Of a DNA stretch of 64,000 bases, positions 38,524 to 51,444 are shown piece by piece. The translations under genes and the position numbers were made by a program. Below the pieces are notes generated by a model. That model saw nothing but the letters and a program-made list of their open reading frames with translations. It was not told the origin of the DNA and ran no database searches. Origin of the DNA: Macrostomum lignano (Eukaryota). Each line of letters opens with the position of its first letter. Positions within the stretch are counted from its first letter, which is position 1. The stretch spans positions 1 through 64,000 of the forward strand of contig NIVC01001430.1 of assembly GCA_002269645.1 (NCBI GenBank), in the 5' to 3' direction.

Positions 38524-39285
38524 CCTGTCCTTCAGGTAGCGCCGCTCTCTCCCACCTCCTGTCCTTCAGGTAGCGCCGCTTTCCCCCACCTCCTGTCCTT
38601 CTGTTAGCGCCGCTTTCCCCCACCTCCTGTCCTTCAGGTAGCGCCGCTCTCTCTCCCTCCCGTCCTTCAGGTAGCGCCGCTCTCTCCCACCTCCTGTCCT
38701 TCAGGTAGCGCCGCTTTCCCCCACCTCCTGTCCTTCTGTTAGCGCCGCTTTCCCCCACCTCCTGTCCTTCAGGTAGCGCCGCTCTCTCTCCCTCCTGTCC
38801 TTCAGGTAGCGCCGCTCTCTCCCACCTCCTGTCCTTCAGGTAGCGCCGCTCTCTCCCACCTCCTGTCCTTCAGGTAGCGCCGCTCTCTCCCACCTCCTGT
38901 CCTTCAGGTAGCGCCGCGCTCTCCCACCTCCTGTCCTTCAGGTAGCGCCGCTCTCTCCCACCTCCTGTCCTTCAGGTAGCGCCGCTCTCTCCCACCTCCT
39001 GTCCTTCAGGTAGCGCCGCTGCCCCCACCTCCTGTCCTTCTGTTAGCGCCGCTTTCCCCCACCTCCTGTCCTTCAGGTAGCGTCGCTCTCTCCCTCCTCC
39101 TGTCCTTCAGGTAGCGCCGCTCTCTCCCACCTCCTGTCCTTCAGCTAGCGCCGCTGCCCCCACCTCCTGTCCTTCTGTTAGCGCCGCTTTCCCCCACCTC
39201 CTGTCCTTCAGGTAGCGCCGCTCTCTCCCGCCTCCTGTCCTTCAGGTAGCGCCGCTCTCTCCCAACTTCTGTCTTTTAGATAGCG
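38524..39285 (+). repeat. 34-bp minisatellite (cctcctgtccttcaggtagcgccgctctctccca), left array
   Basis: Direct; reverse complement of the 48545-49457 array. Confidence 0.95.
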
Positions 39286-40278
39286 CTGATATCTCTACAT
39301 CTCCCTCTTTTTTACTTTCATCTCCTTGCCCCCCCCTTTCAATGAATGGCAACGCAGCAATGAACAAAGGCGAGCTTGTTTAACACAGGTAAATGTCATT
39401 TTGACGCGCAAAAAATCTCAATATTTGGCAGGGACCGCAAATTTTACTTTTTTATAATTGTATACCATTTTTTGCATAGCTGCTATACTATAAAAGAATA
39501 TATAAATTAAGTTTACTATTACAAGTGATGAAAAGCAAAAGAAAAATTACAAGCCCTAATTAGCTATGTACAATTGCATTTTAATGTACGAAGTGGTACA
39601 TTTTTGTTTTCAATTGTGTATATTATAGCTATGAATATAGTGATTCTATATAATCTTGGTTTGGCAAACAAACACAACAAAAGCGCACACACAACCGCAG
39701 GTTGCACCGCAACTTGACATTTTAGAAATATTAGAAAAATTATCAACAAATATTAATAGTTGGCTTTTTAGGGAGCATGGGTGGTGTTAAAGCGTGTTTA
39801 TAGTAGGCTTCATCAGATTACAATGAAAGTTTGGTCTGAGCCAGTTAATAAATTATACTATAGATTAGTGAGACTTGTCAAATTAAAACAGTTGAAGGAA
39901 TAAAATGAGGAATTAACATCCGTTAGTTATCTCTTAGATTTAGTTATTTTGTTAAAACGTGCTTTTTCGAAGAAAAAAAAGCATCAAAGCATTAAAACAA
40001 AATACTCGTAATTTGGCTTTGTTTAATTAAACAAATAGAATATAATGACAAAATGACACGATATAGTTTCACGGCTATCATTATCACTTGAGTCTTCAGA
40101 TTCATTTTTTATGCAGAGTTTTTTTCTAAACATCTCTTCTTTTATGGGCTCAAAATGCGGGTTGGACAAAGTAACAGATAAGAACGCTTACTAAAACTCA
40201 AAAGGAATTTTTACTGAGATTCTGATTAGAACATCCCCAATATTTTGAGTTTGAGTCCTGTCTCAAGCGTGGGCATTG

Positions 40279-41685
40279 TTAAACCAACGGAGCGGCGCCG
40301 TGAAGGGCAGCCAATCTGCTCAGGAAGCCCGAACTGCTCGAGCTGCCTGCCGAGTTGGCGCCGCCTGCGCTGGCGCCATTGGCGCCATTTAAGCTACTGG
40401 CGCTGCGCAGGTGCTGCTGGCTGAAGTACGGATGGTAGCGCTGCAGCAGCTGCTGATGATGCTGCTGCTGATGCTGATGATGCTCAGAAGGCGTCACCGC
40501 CGCCCCCATCGCAGCTGCCATCCACTTTCGTATGCTTTCCAGATGCTGATCCTGCTGAGTCTGGCTTTGATGAGGCGTCGATGCTCCCGCCAGAGTCTGC
40601 TCATGATGACTGCTCATTGGAGTTGCGACCGAGGTGGCAGAAGCTGCGGCAGCGGCCGCCGCCGCCATCGCCGCCATGGCAGCGTAAGGCGAAACAGGCG
40701 CTGACACAGGCGGAGACTGCGGCTGCGGAGAGACTCTGGCGGCCGTCTGCTGCTGCGTCGTCTGCTTTTGCTGCTGCTGCTGCGCCTCGTGAGACCGCAT
40801 GTGCCGCATCAGCTGATCGGGCGACGGAAAATGCTTGCCGCAGAAGATGCAAAACTCGGCAGTCGGCATGGACGATGCTGAAGAAGATGACGGAGACGAC
40901 TGCTCCGGAGGCTGCTGCACAGTTGAAGGTGCTGCTGCGGTCGGCGAAGGAGCAGCGGCTGTCGCGAACTGGAAGTAGTTCATCATGACTGCCCTGGCGT
41001 GGACGCAGTGCGGACAGGCGCACACAGCCGCGGTGTGGCCTTCGGGGACGCTCAGGCCGCTCCAGGCTGCCGCCATGGTGAGCTGGTGAAGCAGCTGCGA
41101 CGAATGCTGATGAGACGAGTGCTGCTGGTGATGATGATGAGGCAGTTGCGGATGCTGATGATGCAGGGAAGTGCCAATGCCGAATCCAGCTTGCAGAGCA
41201 CTTGTCGGTGTCGGCAGGTGTGGCGGCGGCGGCGGCGGCAGCGGTGGAGGCGGCGGCGGCATGAGATAAGTCGAAGCCGAAGCTCCAGTAGGATGCTGCG
41301 AGCAGGCGGCGGCTGTGGCGGCTGCGGCGGCCGCGGCGGCGGCTTCCAGAAGCTTCTTGTGCTGCTCGAGGGTCGACTGGCTGGCCATCGGCTCGTTGCC
41401 GCTTTTGCTGCCGGCAGTAGGCGAGGACAGCTGCGACAGCTTGCGACTCTCAGACTGACCGTTCTGCGTGCTGGCTGAGGAGGGCCGGCTTCCGTGATGA
41501 AGCTGGTGGTGCTGGTGATGGTGGTGATGATGCTGGGACTTCTTGCTTGACGGCGAATGCTGCTGCTGCTGCTGTCGGCCTGTCGATGATGGAGACATTG
41601 CCGAGGAAGACGCCGACAAGGAGCAGCCAGACGATGCGTCTTTGCCGATGCTGTCGCACGTCTTTGCCAGCAGGGCCAGCGGACT
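40279..41685 (-). CDS. ZNF503/703: NET-family zinc-finger transcription factor, second exon
   Basis: Acceptor cccag|AGT opens the Sp motif SPLALLAKTCDSIG (upstream of the listed ORF start), followed by Btd-box-like CACPHC, a single C2H2 finger CIFCGKHFPSPDQLMRHMRSH and C-terminal RYHPY. This is the full NET motif set. Confidence 0.9.
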   Translation of the reverse strand, partial: SPLALLAKTCDSIGKDASSGCSLSASSSAMSPSSTGRQQQQQHSPSSKKSQHHHHHHQHHQLHHGSRPSSASTQNGQSESRKLSQLSSPTAGSKSGNEPMASQSTLEQHKKLLEAAAAAAAAATAAACSQHPTGASASTYLMPPPPPPLPPPPPPHLPTPTSALQAGFGIGTSLHHQHPQLPHHHHQQHSSHQHSSQLLHQLTMAAAWSGLSVPEGHTAAVCACPHCVHARAVMMNYFQFATAAAPSPTAAAPSTVQQPPEQSSPSSSSASSMPTAEFCIFCGKHFPSPDQLMRHMRSHEAQQQQQKQTTQQQTAARVSPQPQSPPVSAPVSPYAAMAAMAAAAAAAASATSVATPMSSHHEQTLAGASTPHQSQTQQDQHLESIRKWMAAAMGAAVTPSEHHQHQQQHHQQLLQRYHPYFSQQHLRSASSLNGANGASAGGANSAGSSSSSGFLSRLAALHGAAPLV

Positions 41686-41715
41686 CTGGGATGAGATGAA
41701 TGGGAAATATGTACG

Positions 41716-41895
41716 ATCATCGTATCATCATCATAGTCATAATCATTAAATCATAATTATCATAACCATCATAGTCATAATCATCATAACCATCATCATC
41801 ATAGTCATAATCATCATTATCATCAAATCATTATAATCATCATAATCATCAAATCATCATGATCATTATCATCATAGCCATCATCATCATCATAA
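41716..41895. repeat. (CAT/AAT)n microsatellite at the 3' end of the NET intron
   Basis: Direct. Confidence 0.9.
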
Positions 41896-42974
41896 TCTCC
41901 ACCAATTTTCCCTCGAATAGCTAAAAAACCCAGCAACAGGGCCGCGACGGAATTCTCGAATAACTAACTGTACGAACGTCGGAGCACAAAGGAGAGAGAA
42001 AGCTCTTTGATCTATGCCGCCGCCAGTCACGCACAGTAGGGGGGGGGGGGGGATTGGGGGTTGCACAGCCATGCGTGTGTGCTTGGGGTGGGTCTGTCGG
42101 TTGTAAAGTTTGCAGAGTGTAATAATCATAACTGCTGCTGCTGCACGGGTTAATAAAAACTTATTGCACCTTCGGTTAAGACTTGAACGCCGCCCAAACC
42201 CCCGCCCTGACACTGTTGTAAATCAACAAAGGAGAGACAGGAGAGAGAGAAGGGGAGAGGTCTTAGGACCTCCTAGACAAGAGGAGGAGAAGGGGTGAGG
42301 GGGACAGGCATTGAGCAATAAATTACACAGCACAGTGTGTAGCACTTAATTGCAACACTAACTAAAGCTCCTTTTTAAGCTATCCCCTAAATAATAAAAT
42401 ATCATATAATAATAATGCTCGTTTTACAACCGCCGTATTTTGGGGTTGGGGCCGGTATTAGGCTCTAAAAAATGCTCAGAAACGTAATTTCTGTTGCGCT
42501 GCTGCAATTGCGACTGTCAACTTCGCTCTGGGCCACTAAAAATTTAAGCGCTAAGGGTTGTAAAGCTTTTGAACGCGGAGTTCGGTTCTTTTTTACTTTT
42601 TTAGGGGGCTGTAATGCTTGCAGCAATAATTTATAATGTATATTCATGTCGGCTAGCTTAGTTTTAGTCAATGCTGGGAGGCTAATGCAGATACAACAAT
42701 GGCGTCTATCCTATCTGTCTGTCCAGTGTCTGTCTACCTAATCTACCTCGTGACTATACTATAGGTGTAAATAATCACTTTGAATTGGAGAGGTAGGGTG
42801 GTAGGTTGTAAAATGAAACATCAAAGAGTTTCAATCCTTTTTATACAGCAATTCTCCATCCACGTGGTGTCCGTCTGAGATATTAAAGCGCACATGTACC
42901 AGTCGCTGAAAAGCCAAACCTCTGCCTTACTGTCACATAAACGGTATACAGGAGTTGAATAATGCCATGGCATG

Positions 42975-43086
42975 TTAGCACCAGGGGCTTTAGCACCACG
43001 GGCGCCAGCACCAGGGGCTTTAGCACCAGGGGCTTTAGCACCAGGGGCTTTAGCACCAGGGCGCCAGCACCAGGGGCGCCAGCACC
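42975..43086. repeat. Second array of the 15-bp ggggctttagcacca repeat, NET intron
   Basis: Same unit and same ggggcgccagcacc variant as 21855-22090. Confidence 0.9.
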
Positions 43087-43208
43087 ATACTTAACTTCTA
43101 TAGCACATTGTTGTTTCTGGGAAATTCTACGAAACTAAACTTCATTGCGATTGGGGGGGGGGTGTTTTGGACCAGGTTCTGGCAATGAGCCTGACAACCT
43201 AGAATCTG

Positions 43209-43242
<34 letters not shown>

Positions 43243-43789
43243 CGGTCTGTTCCTATAAATATGTCATTCAATAACACTAACCCCTCAATACATGAGTATA
43301 AAGTTGGCGGAAATCCAAAATGCTGCGCTATATGCAAAGCAATGCTTATATAACCGCATCCATCATTCATCATTGGGGTCTTGACGTTCAATTGACAGGC
43401 GAGACCCTCGCTGTCTACATGCACGCAGAAGCGAACGCAGAAGTTTTTGCCGACTCCAATCGCTCAATCAGTCAGCTCTCCTCCTCAATTTACATGCCGC
43501 TGACAGGACACAAACTAAACTTCTTTGACAGGGACCCGAGGGCGGGCAGCTGAACTGCAAACTGACGGGCTGTGCTGGGGCAGACAGAAATATTATAAAT
43601 CTTCTCTAGTTTTGCAATCCATCTTATTTTCTTTGGTTTCTCTGCTTGGAGAGAAACGTCTGTCCACCACAGCAGCCCACCCGGTCTTGCCTGTCAGAGA
43701 GTTGAAGAAAATCTTCTGTTACTGGTTCAGGTCTGTTCTCGACTCTCCGACCTCAAATCTCTCCCTTCTGACTCTCAGCCTCTATTAAT

Positions 43790-44240
43790 CTTCGATTTTC
43801 TGACTCTCACCCCTCATTTTCTATCAATCTCCGATCCTGACTCTCAAACCTTATTTTCTATCAATCTCCGATCCTGACTCTCAACCCTCATTTTCTATCA
43901 ATCTCCGATCCTGACTCTCAACCCTCATTTTCTATCAATCTCCGATCCTGACTCTCAACCCTCATTTTCTATCAATCTCCGATCCTCTGACTCTCACCCT
44001 CATTTTCTATCAATCTCCGATCCTCTGACTCTCACCCTCATTTTCTATCAATCTCCGATCCTCTGACTCTCACCCTCATTTTCTATCAATCTCCGATCCT
44101 CTGACTCTCACCCTCATTTTCTATCAATCTCCTATCCTCTGACTCTCACCCTCATTTTCTATCAATCTCCGATCCTCTGACTCTCACCCTCATTTTCTAT
44201 CAATCTCCTATCCTCTGACTCTCACCCCTCATTTTCTCTC
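43790..44240. repeat. 37-38-bp minisatellite (gatcctctgactctcaccctcattttctatcaatctcc), NET intron
   Basis: Direct. Confidence 0.9.
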
Positions 44241-44751
44241 CTAGGTAAAAATCCATTCCCAATTATCATTCATACAGTAACCTTAAAGTCCCTCCCAAAT
44301 CGCAAAAATTGTCTTTTTTAGTTGACTGACTGGAAGATCAACTTGGAAAGCAGACTCTGGATACGTGAGACATTCTGCACATGCATCTCAGGATAAAAGG
44401 GGCATTGCAGGAGATGGGAAAAGTGGAGGGGAGAGAGAAGGGTTGGATGAAGGCTGACAGACAGGCTGACAGACAGGCTGACAGGCGGGGACCTCGACCC
44501 GACCCTTCAGGATAAGTGACGTGTATCGAATCTTACAGTTGACTGCCTGGCTGGCTGACCCGCCAGTTTCCTTGGGGATTTTCTCCCTAGATTCTCTTCC
44601 CCCTTATTTCTCTTCCAATTTCCCCATCACAGCTCTCAAGCGTCTGTCCGTCTGTCACGAAGATTCTGTTTTGCAGCGAGGGACCGTGAACAGCTCAGTC
44701 AGAATGTCTTGCCTAAAACTTCCTATTTTGTTCTTCATCCTTATCCTTATC

Positions 44752-45262
44752 CGATCCTTATCCGACATCCCATCCTTATCTAACATCCCATCCTTATCCG
44801 ACATCCCATCCTTATCCGACATCCCATCCTTATCTGATATCCCATCCTTATCCGACATCCGATTCTTATCTGATATCCCATCCTTATCCGATATCCCATC
44901 CTTATCTGATATCCCATCCTTATCCGACATCCCATCCTTATCCGACATCCCATCCTTATCCGACATCCCATCCTTATCTGATATCCCATCCTTATCCGAC
45001 ATCCCATCCTTATCCGACATCCCATCCTTATCTGATATTCCATCCTTATCCGATATCCCATCCTTATCTGATATCCCATCCTTATCCGACATCCCATCCT
45101 TATCCGACATCCCATCCTTATCCGACATCCCATCCTTATCTGATATCCCATCCTTATCTGATATCCCATCCTTATCTGATATCCCATCCTTATCTGATAT
45201 CCAATCCTTATCTGATATCCCATCCTTATCCGACATCCCATCCTTATCTGATATCCCATCAC
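44752..45262. repeat. 18-bp minisatellite (cccatccttatcygayat), NET intron
   Basis: Direct; generates the SLSDIP pseudo-ORF. Confidence 0.95.
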
Positions 45263-45412
45263 CCCACCGCGATCCCATTGAAACCGAACCAAAACTTGAT
45301 AAAGAGCCAAGCAATCAGCGGCAAATACAAACGGCAAAAGACCCAGCTAAGTGATTCGTAGAAATACCAGACAGAATCAGTTTGCTAATTAACGAATATT
45401 TTCGATTCTCAC

Positions 45413-45598
45413 CTGATTGGGCTGCTTGCACTCCAAGTAGTCCGGATGCAGGTACTGGCCTGTCAACTTTCGAGACAACGATTGCTTGCCATTGCTGCTG
45501 CTGCTGCTATTAGAAGAAAGTTTCGCCGCTGATTTCATAGCGTCGTTTCCCTGCTCTGACTTCAACTCGGCAATGTCGCTGCTACTTCCGCTGGTCAT
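45413..45598 (-). CDS. ZNF503/703: NET-family zinc-finger transcription factor (noc/elbow/tlp-1, ZNF503/703-like), first coding exon
   Basis: TGQYLHPDYL matches the conserved NET N-terminal motif (GHILHPEYL / QYLQPDYL); phase-0 donor CAG|GTGAGA. The start ATG is a best guess. Confidence 0.75.
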
Positions 45599-46837
45599 AG
45601 TTTGATTTATGATAATTTCTTGAATCTTTTCCAACGGGATGGATTGATCTCTGCTTTGGAAAAGAACTGAACCGTATTTGCTTTCAAATATAAAAACTGG
45701 AGAAGGGAGGTTGGGGAGCGTGGGAGGTTGAGGTTGGGGTCTCGAGCCTTCCTGGTTGGTTGAGGCGGGCAACTGTCCTGTCTGTCCCCCTCTTTAGATT
45801 GTTGAGTATTCGCTATATGTTGTGTTTCAGTGCGGGCAGTCGGCTGCTTTATCTGAAGCGCACATATATATATATAGGTGTATACAATATGCGCCGGTCC
45901 AATCAAACGACACGAGGAGAAAGGGATTGCGAACAAAACCTTGGGGCTACAACTAACGCCAACTAACTATAGTCTACAAGGGAAATTGGAGGCAAGGAGA
46001 GAGACATGGGGTTGGTTGGCATCAAAGGCCTTAGCCGACATTTGCCATGTGTCAATAGAGAACAGAGAGAATAGGAGAGAGAGAGAGAGAGTTGGGAAAG
46101 GCGGACGGCCTCCCCAAGTGAAATCCGGTCGTGCGCCTCTTCTACACTTCACCCTTCACTTCACTGCAGATCTTCCACTTCTGAACTCCTCCCGTACCTG
46201 CCAATCAAGCTCTGCTGCCTGGCAGGGGCGATAAATGGAGGAAATGAGAGGGGGCAGAGAGGGAGGGAGAGAGAGTGACAGCGCGCGGCCCTGTTAAATG
46301 TCTCTCGTCAATGGATTTCATGTGGCAGACTGGCATTCAGGCCTGACAGGAGGTCTATCACTCACCGACCGGGGCCTGTGTGACACCCAGAGAGGCCCGC
46401 CTCGCAACCAACACACACACGGTATTCTAGAGGCATACCTTTCTCCCTTCCCTCTACTATGCCAATGCCACGTCTCTCTCTCTCCTCCGTACCGCCTCGG
46501 CGCGCCCAAGCCCCCCCCTACCCAAGTTTTGATTGGCAGCTGTCGGCAAGATCAAAGGACGCGCGGGCCCGCGGACCGACCTTAAAAAATCGCCCCCACG
46601 TGGGCACACACACACACACTCGCCAACCCCCTCCCCCCGACTTCACTCTCCTGTCAGTCAATGCGCTATATTATAGTTGGGCAAGTTTTGTTCAAGTTGG
46701 ACTTGCCACGGGGCATTGCGAGACAGAGAGCGGCTCCGTTTAACAAACCCGGAATTAGAGGAAAATAGCGAATGTGCACGCTGCATTGCTGAGTTCAGCT
46801 GACTGAAGTACAAAAATATCAAGTAATTATGATTTTG

Positions 46838-48078
46838 TGTCAGGAGTGTCAGAGTCCAGTAGAATGTGTCAGGAGTGTCAGGGTACAGTAGAATGTGTCA
46901 GGAGTGTTTCAAAGTTTAGTTAAATGTGTCAGGAGTGTCACAGTCCAGTAAAATGTGTCAGGAGTGTCAGGGTCCAGTTAAATGTGTCAGGAGTGTGGCA
47001 GAGTCCAGTTAAATGTGTCAGGAGTGTGTCAGAGTCCAGTTAAATGTGTCAGGAGTGTCACATTCCAGTAAAATGTGTCTAGAGTGTGGCAGAGTCCAGT
47101 AAAATGTGTCAGGAGTGTGGCAGAGTCCAGTAAAATGTGTCTAGAGTGTCAGAGTCCAGTAAAATGTGTCAGGAGTGTGTCAGAGTCCAGTAAAATGTGT
47201 CAGGAGTGTGACAGAGTCCAGTAAAATGTTTCAGGAGTGTCAGAGTCCAGTAAAATGTGTCAGGAGTGTGGCAGAGTCCAGTAAAATGTGTCAGGAGTGT
47301 GTCAGAGTCAAGTTAAATGTGTCAGGAGTGTGGCAGAGTCCAGTAAAATGTGTCAGGAGTGTCACATTCCAGTAAAATGTGTCTAGAGTGTGGCAGAGTC
47401 CAGTAAAATGTGTCAGGAGTGTGACAGAGTCCAGTAAAATGTGTTTAGAGTGTCAGAGTCCAGTAAAATGTGTCAGGAGTGTGTCAGAGTCCAGTAAAAT
47501 GTGTCAGGAGTGTGACAGAGTCCAGTAAAATGTTTCAGGAGTGTCAGAGTCCAGTAAAATGTGTCAGGAGTGTGGCAGAGTCCAGTAAAATGTGTCAGGA
47601 GTGCGTCAGAGTCAAGTTAAATGTGTCAGGAGTGTGGCAGAGTCCAGTAAAATGTGTCAGGAGTGTGGCAGAGTCCAGTAAATTTGTCAGGAGTGTGGCA
47701 GAGTCCAGTAAAATGTGTCAGGAGTGTGTCAGAGTCAAGTTAAATGTGTCAGGAGTGTGGCAGAGTCCAATAAAATGTGTCAGGAGTGTGGCAGAGTCCA
47801 GTAAAATGTGTCAGGAGTGTGGCAGAGTCCAGTAAAATGTGTCAGGAGTGTGTCAGAGTCCAGTAAAATGTGTCAGGAGTGTGGCAGAGTCCAGTAAAAT
47901 GTGTCAGGAGTGTGGCAGAGTCCAGTAAAATGTGTCAGGAGTGTGGCAGAGTCCAGTAAAATGTGTCAGGAGTGTGGCAGAGTCCAGTAAAATGTGTCAG
48001 GAGTGTGACAGAGTCCAGTAAAATGTGTCAGGAGTGTGGCAGAGTCCAGTTAAATGTGTCAGCAGTGTGTCAGAGTCT
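46838..48078. repeat. ~31-bp minisatellite (gtccagtaaaatgtgtcaggagtgtggcaga)
   Basis: Direct. Confidence 0.95.
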
Positions 48079-48544
48079 TTGTTAGAAAAAAGTTTGAGAT
48101 AATACTATAAGGATATGCAAGAAACAGAATGTGTCAGGTAGTGGCCAGAGGACTGAATTAGAAAAAAATAAATGCCTTGAGAGTGACATAACTGTCAGAG
48201 GTGTCAGACAAGATTATGTCACTATTTTAGTTCTGTAGAATTTTTGTCAAGTACGAGTAAAATGCGTCGAAAAAAGGTGTTGGTGCCTGTGTGTCAGATA
48301 TTTCGAGCTGTCATTCTTATACAAAACCCCTATCTCGGCTACCATTGAATTCGAAAAAAACATACACACGCAGGATTCCAACGCCCATGCAGTTACCGTT
48401 GCTCTTATCGTGGGGTTGAAAGCTGTGGGTGTTATAGTATGCTTAATTGATTGGGTTGCTCAGATAAACAGTTTAACAGCTGTATGTACAACTGGTGATC
48501 AACTGACTGCAATATGGGCGATAGGGGTAAGCACAGTCACAGAG

Positions 48545-49457
48545 GGACAGGAGGTGGGAGAGAGCGGAGCTACCTGAAGGACAGGAGGCGGGAGAGAGCG
48601 GCGCTACCTGAAGGACAGGAGGTGGGAGAGAGCAGAGCTACCTGAAGGACAGGAGGTGGGAGAGAGCGGAGCTACCTGAAGGACAGGAGGTGGGAGAGAG
48701 CGGCGCTACCTGAAGGACAGGAGGTGGGGGAGAGCGGCGCTACCTGAAGGACAGGAGGCGGGAGAGAGCGGCGCTACCTGAAGGACAGGAGGCGGGAGAG
48801 AGCGGCGCTACCTGAAGGACATGAGGTGGGAGAGAGCGGCGCTACCTGAAGGACAGGAGGTGGGGGAGAGCGGCGCTACCTGAAGGACAGGAGGTGGGAG
48901 AGAGCGGAGCTACCTGAAGGACAGGAGGTGGGGGAGAGCGGTGCCACCTGAAGGACAGGAGGTGGGAGAGAGCAGAGCTACCTGAAGGACAGGAGGTGGG
49001 AGAGAGCAGAGCTACCTGAAGGACAGGAGGTGGGGGAGAGCGGCGCCACCTGAAGGACAGGAGGTGGGGGAGAGCGGCGCTACCTGAAGGACAGGAGGTG
49101 GGGGAGAGCGGCGCTACCTGAAGGACAGGAGGTGGGAGAGAGCGGCGCTACCTGAAGGACAGGAGGTGGGAGAGAGCGGCGCTACCTGAAGGACAGGAGG
49201 TGGGAGAGAGCAGAGGTACCTGGAGGACAGGAGGTGGGAGAGAACGGCGCTACCTGAAGGACAGGAGGTGGGAGAGAGCAGAGGTACCTGAAGGACAGGA
49301 GGTGGGGGAGAGCGGCGCTACCTGAAGGACAGGAGGTGGGAGAGAGCGGCGCTACCTGAAGGACAGGAGGTGGGAGAGAGCGGCGCTACCTGAAGGACAG
49401 GAGGTGGGAGAGAGCGGCGCTACCTGGAGGACAGGAGGTGGGGGAGAGCGGCGCTAT
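48545..49457 (-). repeat. 34-bp minisatellite, right array, inverted relative to 38524-39285
   Basis: Unit gggagagagcggcgctacctgaaggacaggaggt. Confidence 0.95.
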
Positions 49458-50164
49458 AGTAAGGACATGATGTAGAGAAGCAGGGGGAAAAGGAGAAGAG
49501 ATTAACGATGCAAATGTAGAGAGTAGAAGAGCGATAATCAAGCGAGGCCTGTGCATAGTTGAAGCGCATAAAACATTCTTGCAGTTTTTATTATTATTTT
49601 AATTGCCCCCTTAGCTCGCCATTTTATAATGATTTTCTGTTCGAATTCGCCAATAAATTTTCAGGATTTTACAATCTGTGGACTCCCAACTGGCAGTATA
49701 ATTAAGCGGGCCATTGTAAATTACCACCCGCCTGCAAGCATCCTTAATAGCTCTAAAAAAACAAGCCTAAAGTTTTACAACTACGAGCTACAAAAAATGC
49801 GGCCCAGTTTATTGAGGGGCTTCAGCTTTTATAAACGCTGACTGAGTCACAAATCAGTTTATTGTTACGCTCAACTTCCTCCATCAAAGTATTTTTATTG
49901 CGAACTATAGTACTACTAGATTTTTTTAGTTTGCTAAAAAGGCCCAAGGGCCGACCCTTCCTTGTTTTTTTTGTCCAAGATTTACAACAGAGTTTGTCCT
50001 CATAGTTTGCGTTGGATTTCAATTTTTTCCACTTGCTAGCAGCAGCGCCTGTTGCTTGTTTATAGTTTCTGCCAAATTGCGTTGATTGGAGTCTGCTTTT
50101 TTGTCGATAATCCGTCAGGCAAGGACATGAGTTTGAGATAATAAAAAAGGCATAGTGTGGGGGG

Positions 50165-50620
50165 TAGATTAAAGAGGAGAGGGTAGAGGGGATGAGAGAG
50201 GAGAGAGGGGAGAGGAGAGGAAAGAGGAGAGAAGAGAGGAGAGGAGAGAGGAGAGGATAGAGGAGAGGAGAGAGGAGAGGATAGAGGAGAGGAGAGAGGA
50301 GGGGAGAGGATAGAGGATAGGAGAGAGGAGAGGAGAGAGTAGAGGAGAGGATAGAGGAGAGGAGAGAGGAGAGGGGAGACGAGAGAGGAGAGAGGAGAGA
50401 GGAGAGAGAGAATGAGAGGAGAGAGGAGAGAGAGGAGAGAGAGGAGAGAGGAGAGAGAGAGGAGAGAGAGGAGAGGAGAGAGAAGAGGATAGAGGAGAGA
50501 GCAGAGACCAGAGAGGAGAGAAGAGAGGAGGGAAGAGAGGAGAGAGTAGAGACCAGAGAGGAGAGAAGAGAGGAGAGAAGAGAGGAGAGAAGAGAGGAGA
50601 GAGGAGAGAGGAGAGAGGAG
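50165..50620. repeat. (GAGAG)n polypurine tract
   Basis: Direct. Confidence 0.9.
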
Positions 50621-51444
50621 ATTAAAATATCTCGAGACAGAAAATGGCAGCACAGGCCAACACAGCTGTCAGCTGATCTCTGAAATCAAACACATTTATC
50701 AACCGCACGAGAAGCCCACAGGCCGCAGGGGCAACAGAAACGGAACCCGGACCCAAATGGTGAGAACGCGAAACGGTAGCCGCAGCATGAATAACTGGAA
50801 GCAAGCAGATTTTGATCTTTGACTGTTTTCAATCTTACTTCACACGAGTGTCATCTGATCTCCTCACTAGTGCAGAAGCACAATGCCAGAAGGGAAGGGG
50901 AGCTCATGCAGCAGCAGTGCAAACTTGACACCATCAGCGGCAAGCCCCCGCCTGCAATCTGTCAAGAAATCCCCCCCCCCTGTTGCTATACGAAATATAG
51001 AAATGCTGCGTGCAACGTGTCAGATTAACGCTTATAAACATAGCTGCTTGTAAGTGAACAACTTGTTATAATCTGTCTCTCATGAGAACTACTGCTGCAG
51101 CGATTTATTTACAATTCAGCTAGGCGTGGGAACCGGTGCAGACAGATGAGAGATTGAAAAGAATATGCACTATCGCCTGTTTCGGTCACATGACTTCTGT
51201 GTATAATTTTTGGAGTTTTCTTAGAGTTTGTGCAAGAAGGAGTTTTTTTTAAACTTTCGCATCACTCTTTGCACTCATTAGGAAAGTTAGTACCAAGACT
51301 GCCTTAATACTCGTAAGTAGTATGTTACGTAGAAAAAGAGGTAACTTATATTTTAGCAATTGATTGACTTGAATTACAATAGCTATGATAGAATCAGCAG
51401 TTATAACAGCAAACAGAACAACCAACCGAAATAGCAGCAGGCAA

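Noticed and set aside
44521-45354. 277-aa SLSDIP ORF
   Set aside because: 18-bp minisatellite inside the NET intron on the opposite strand.
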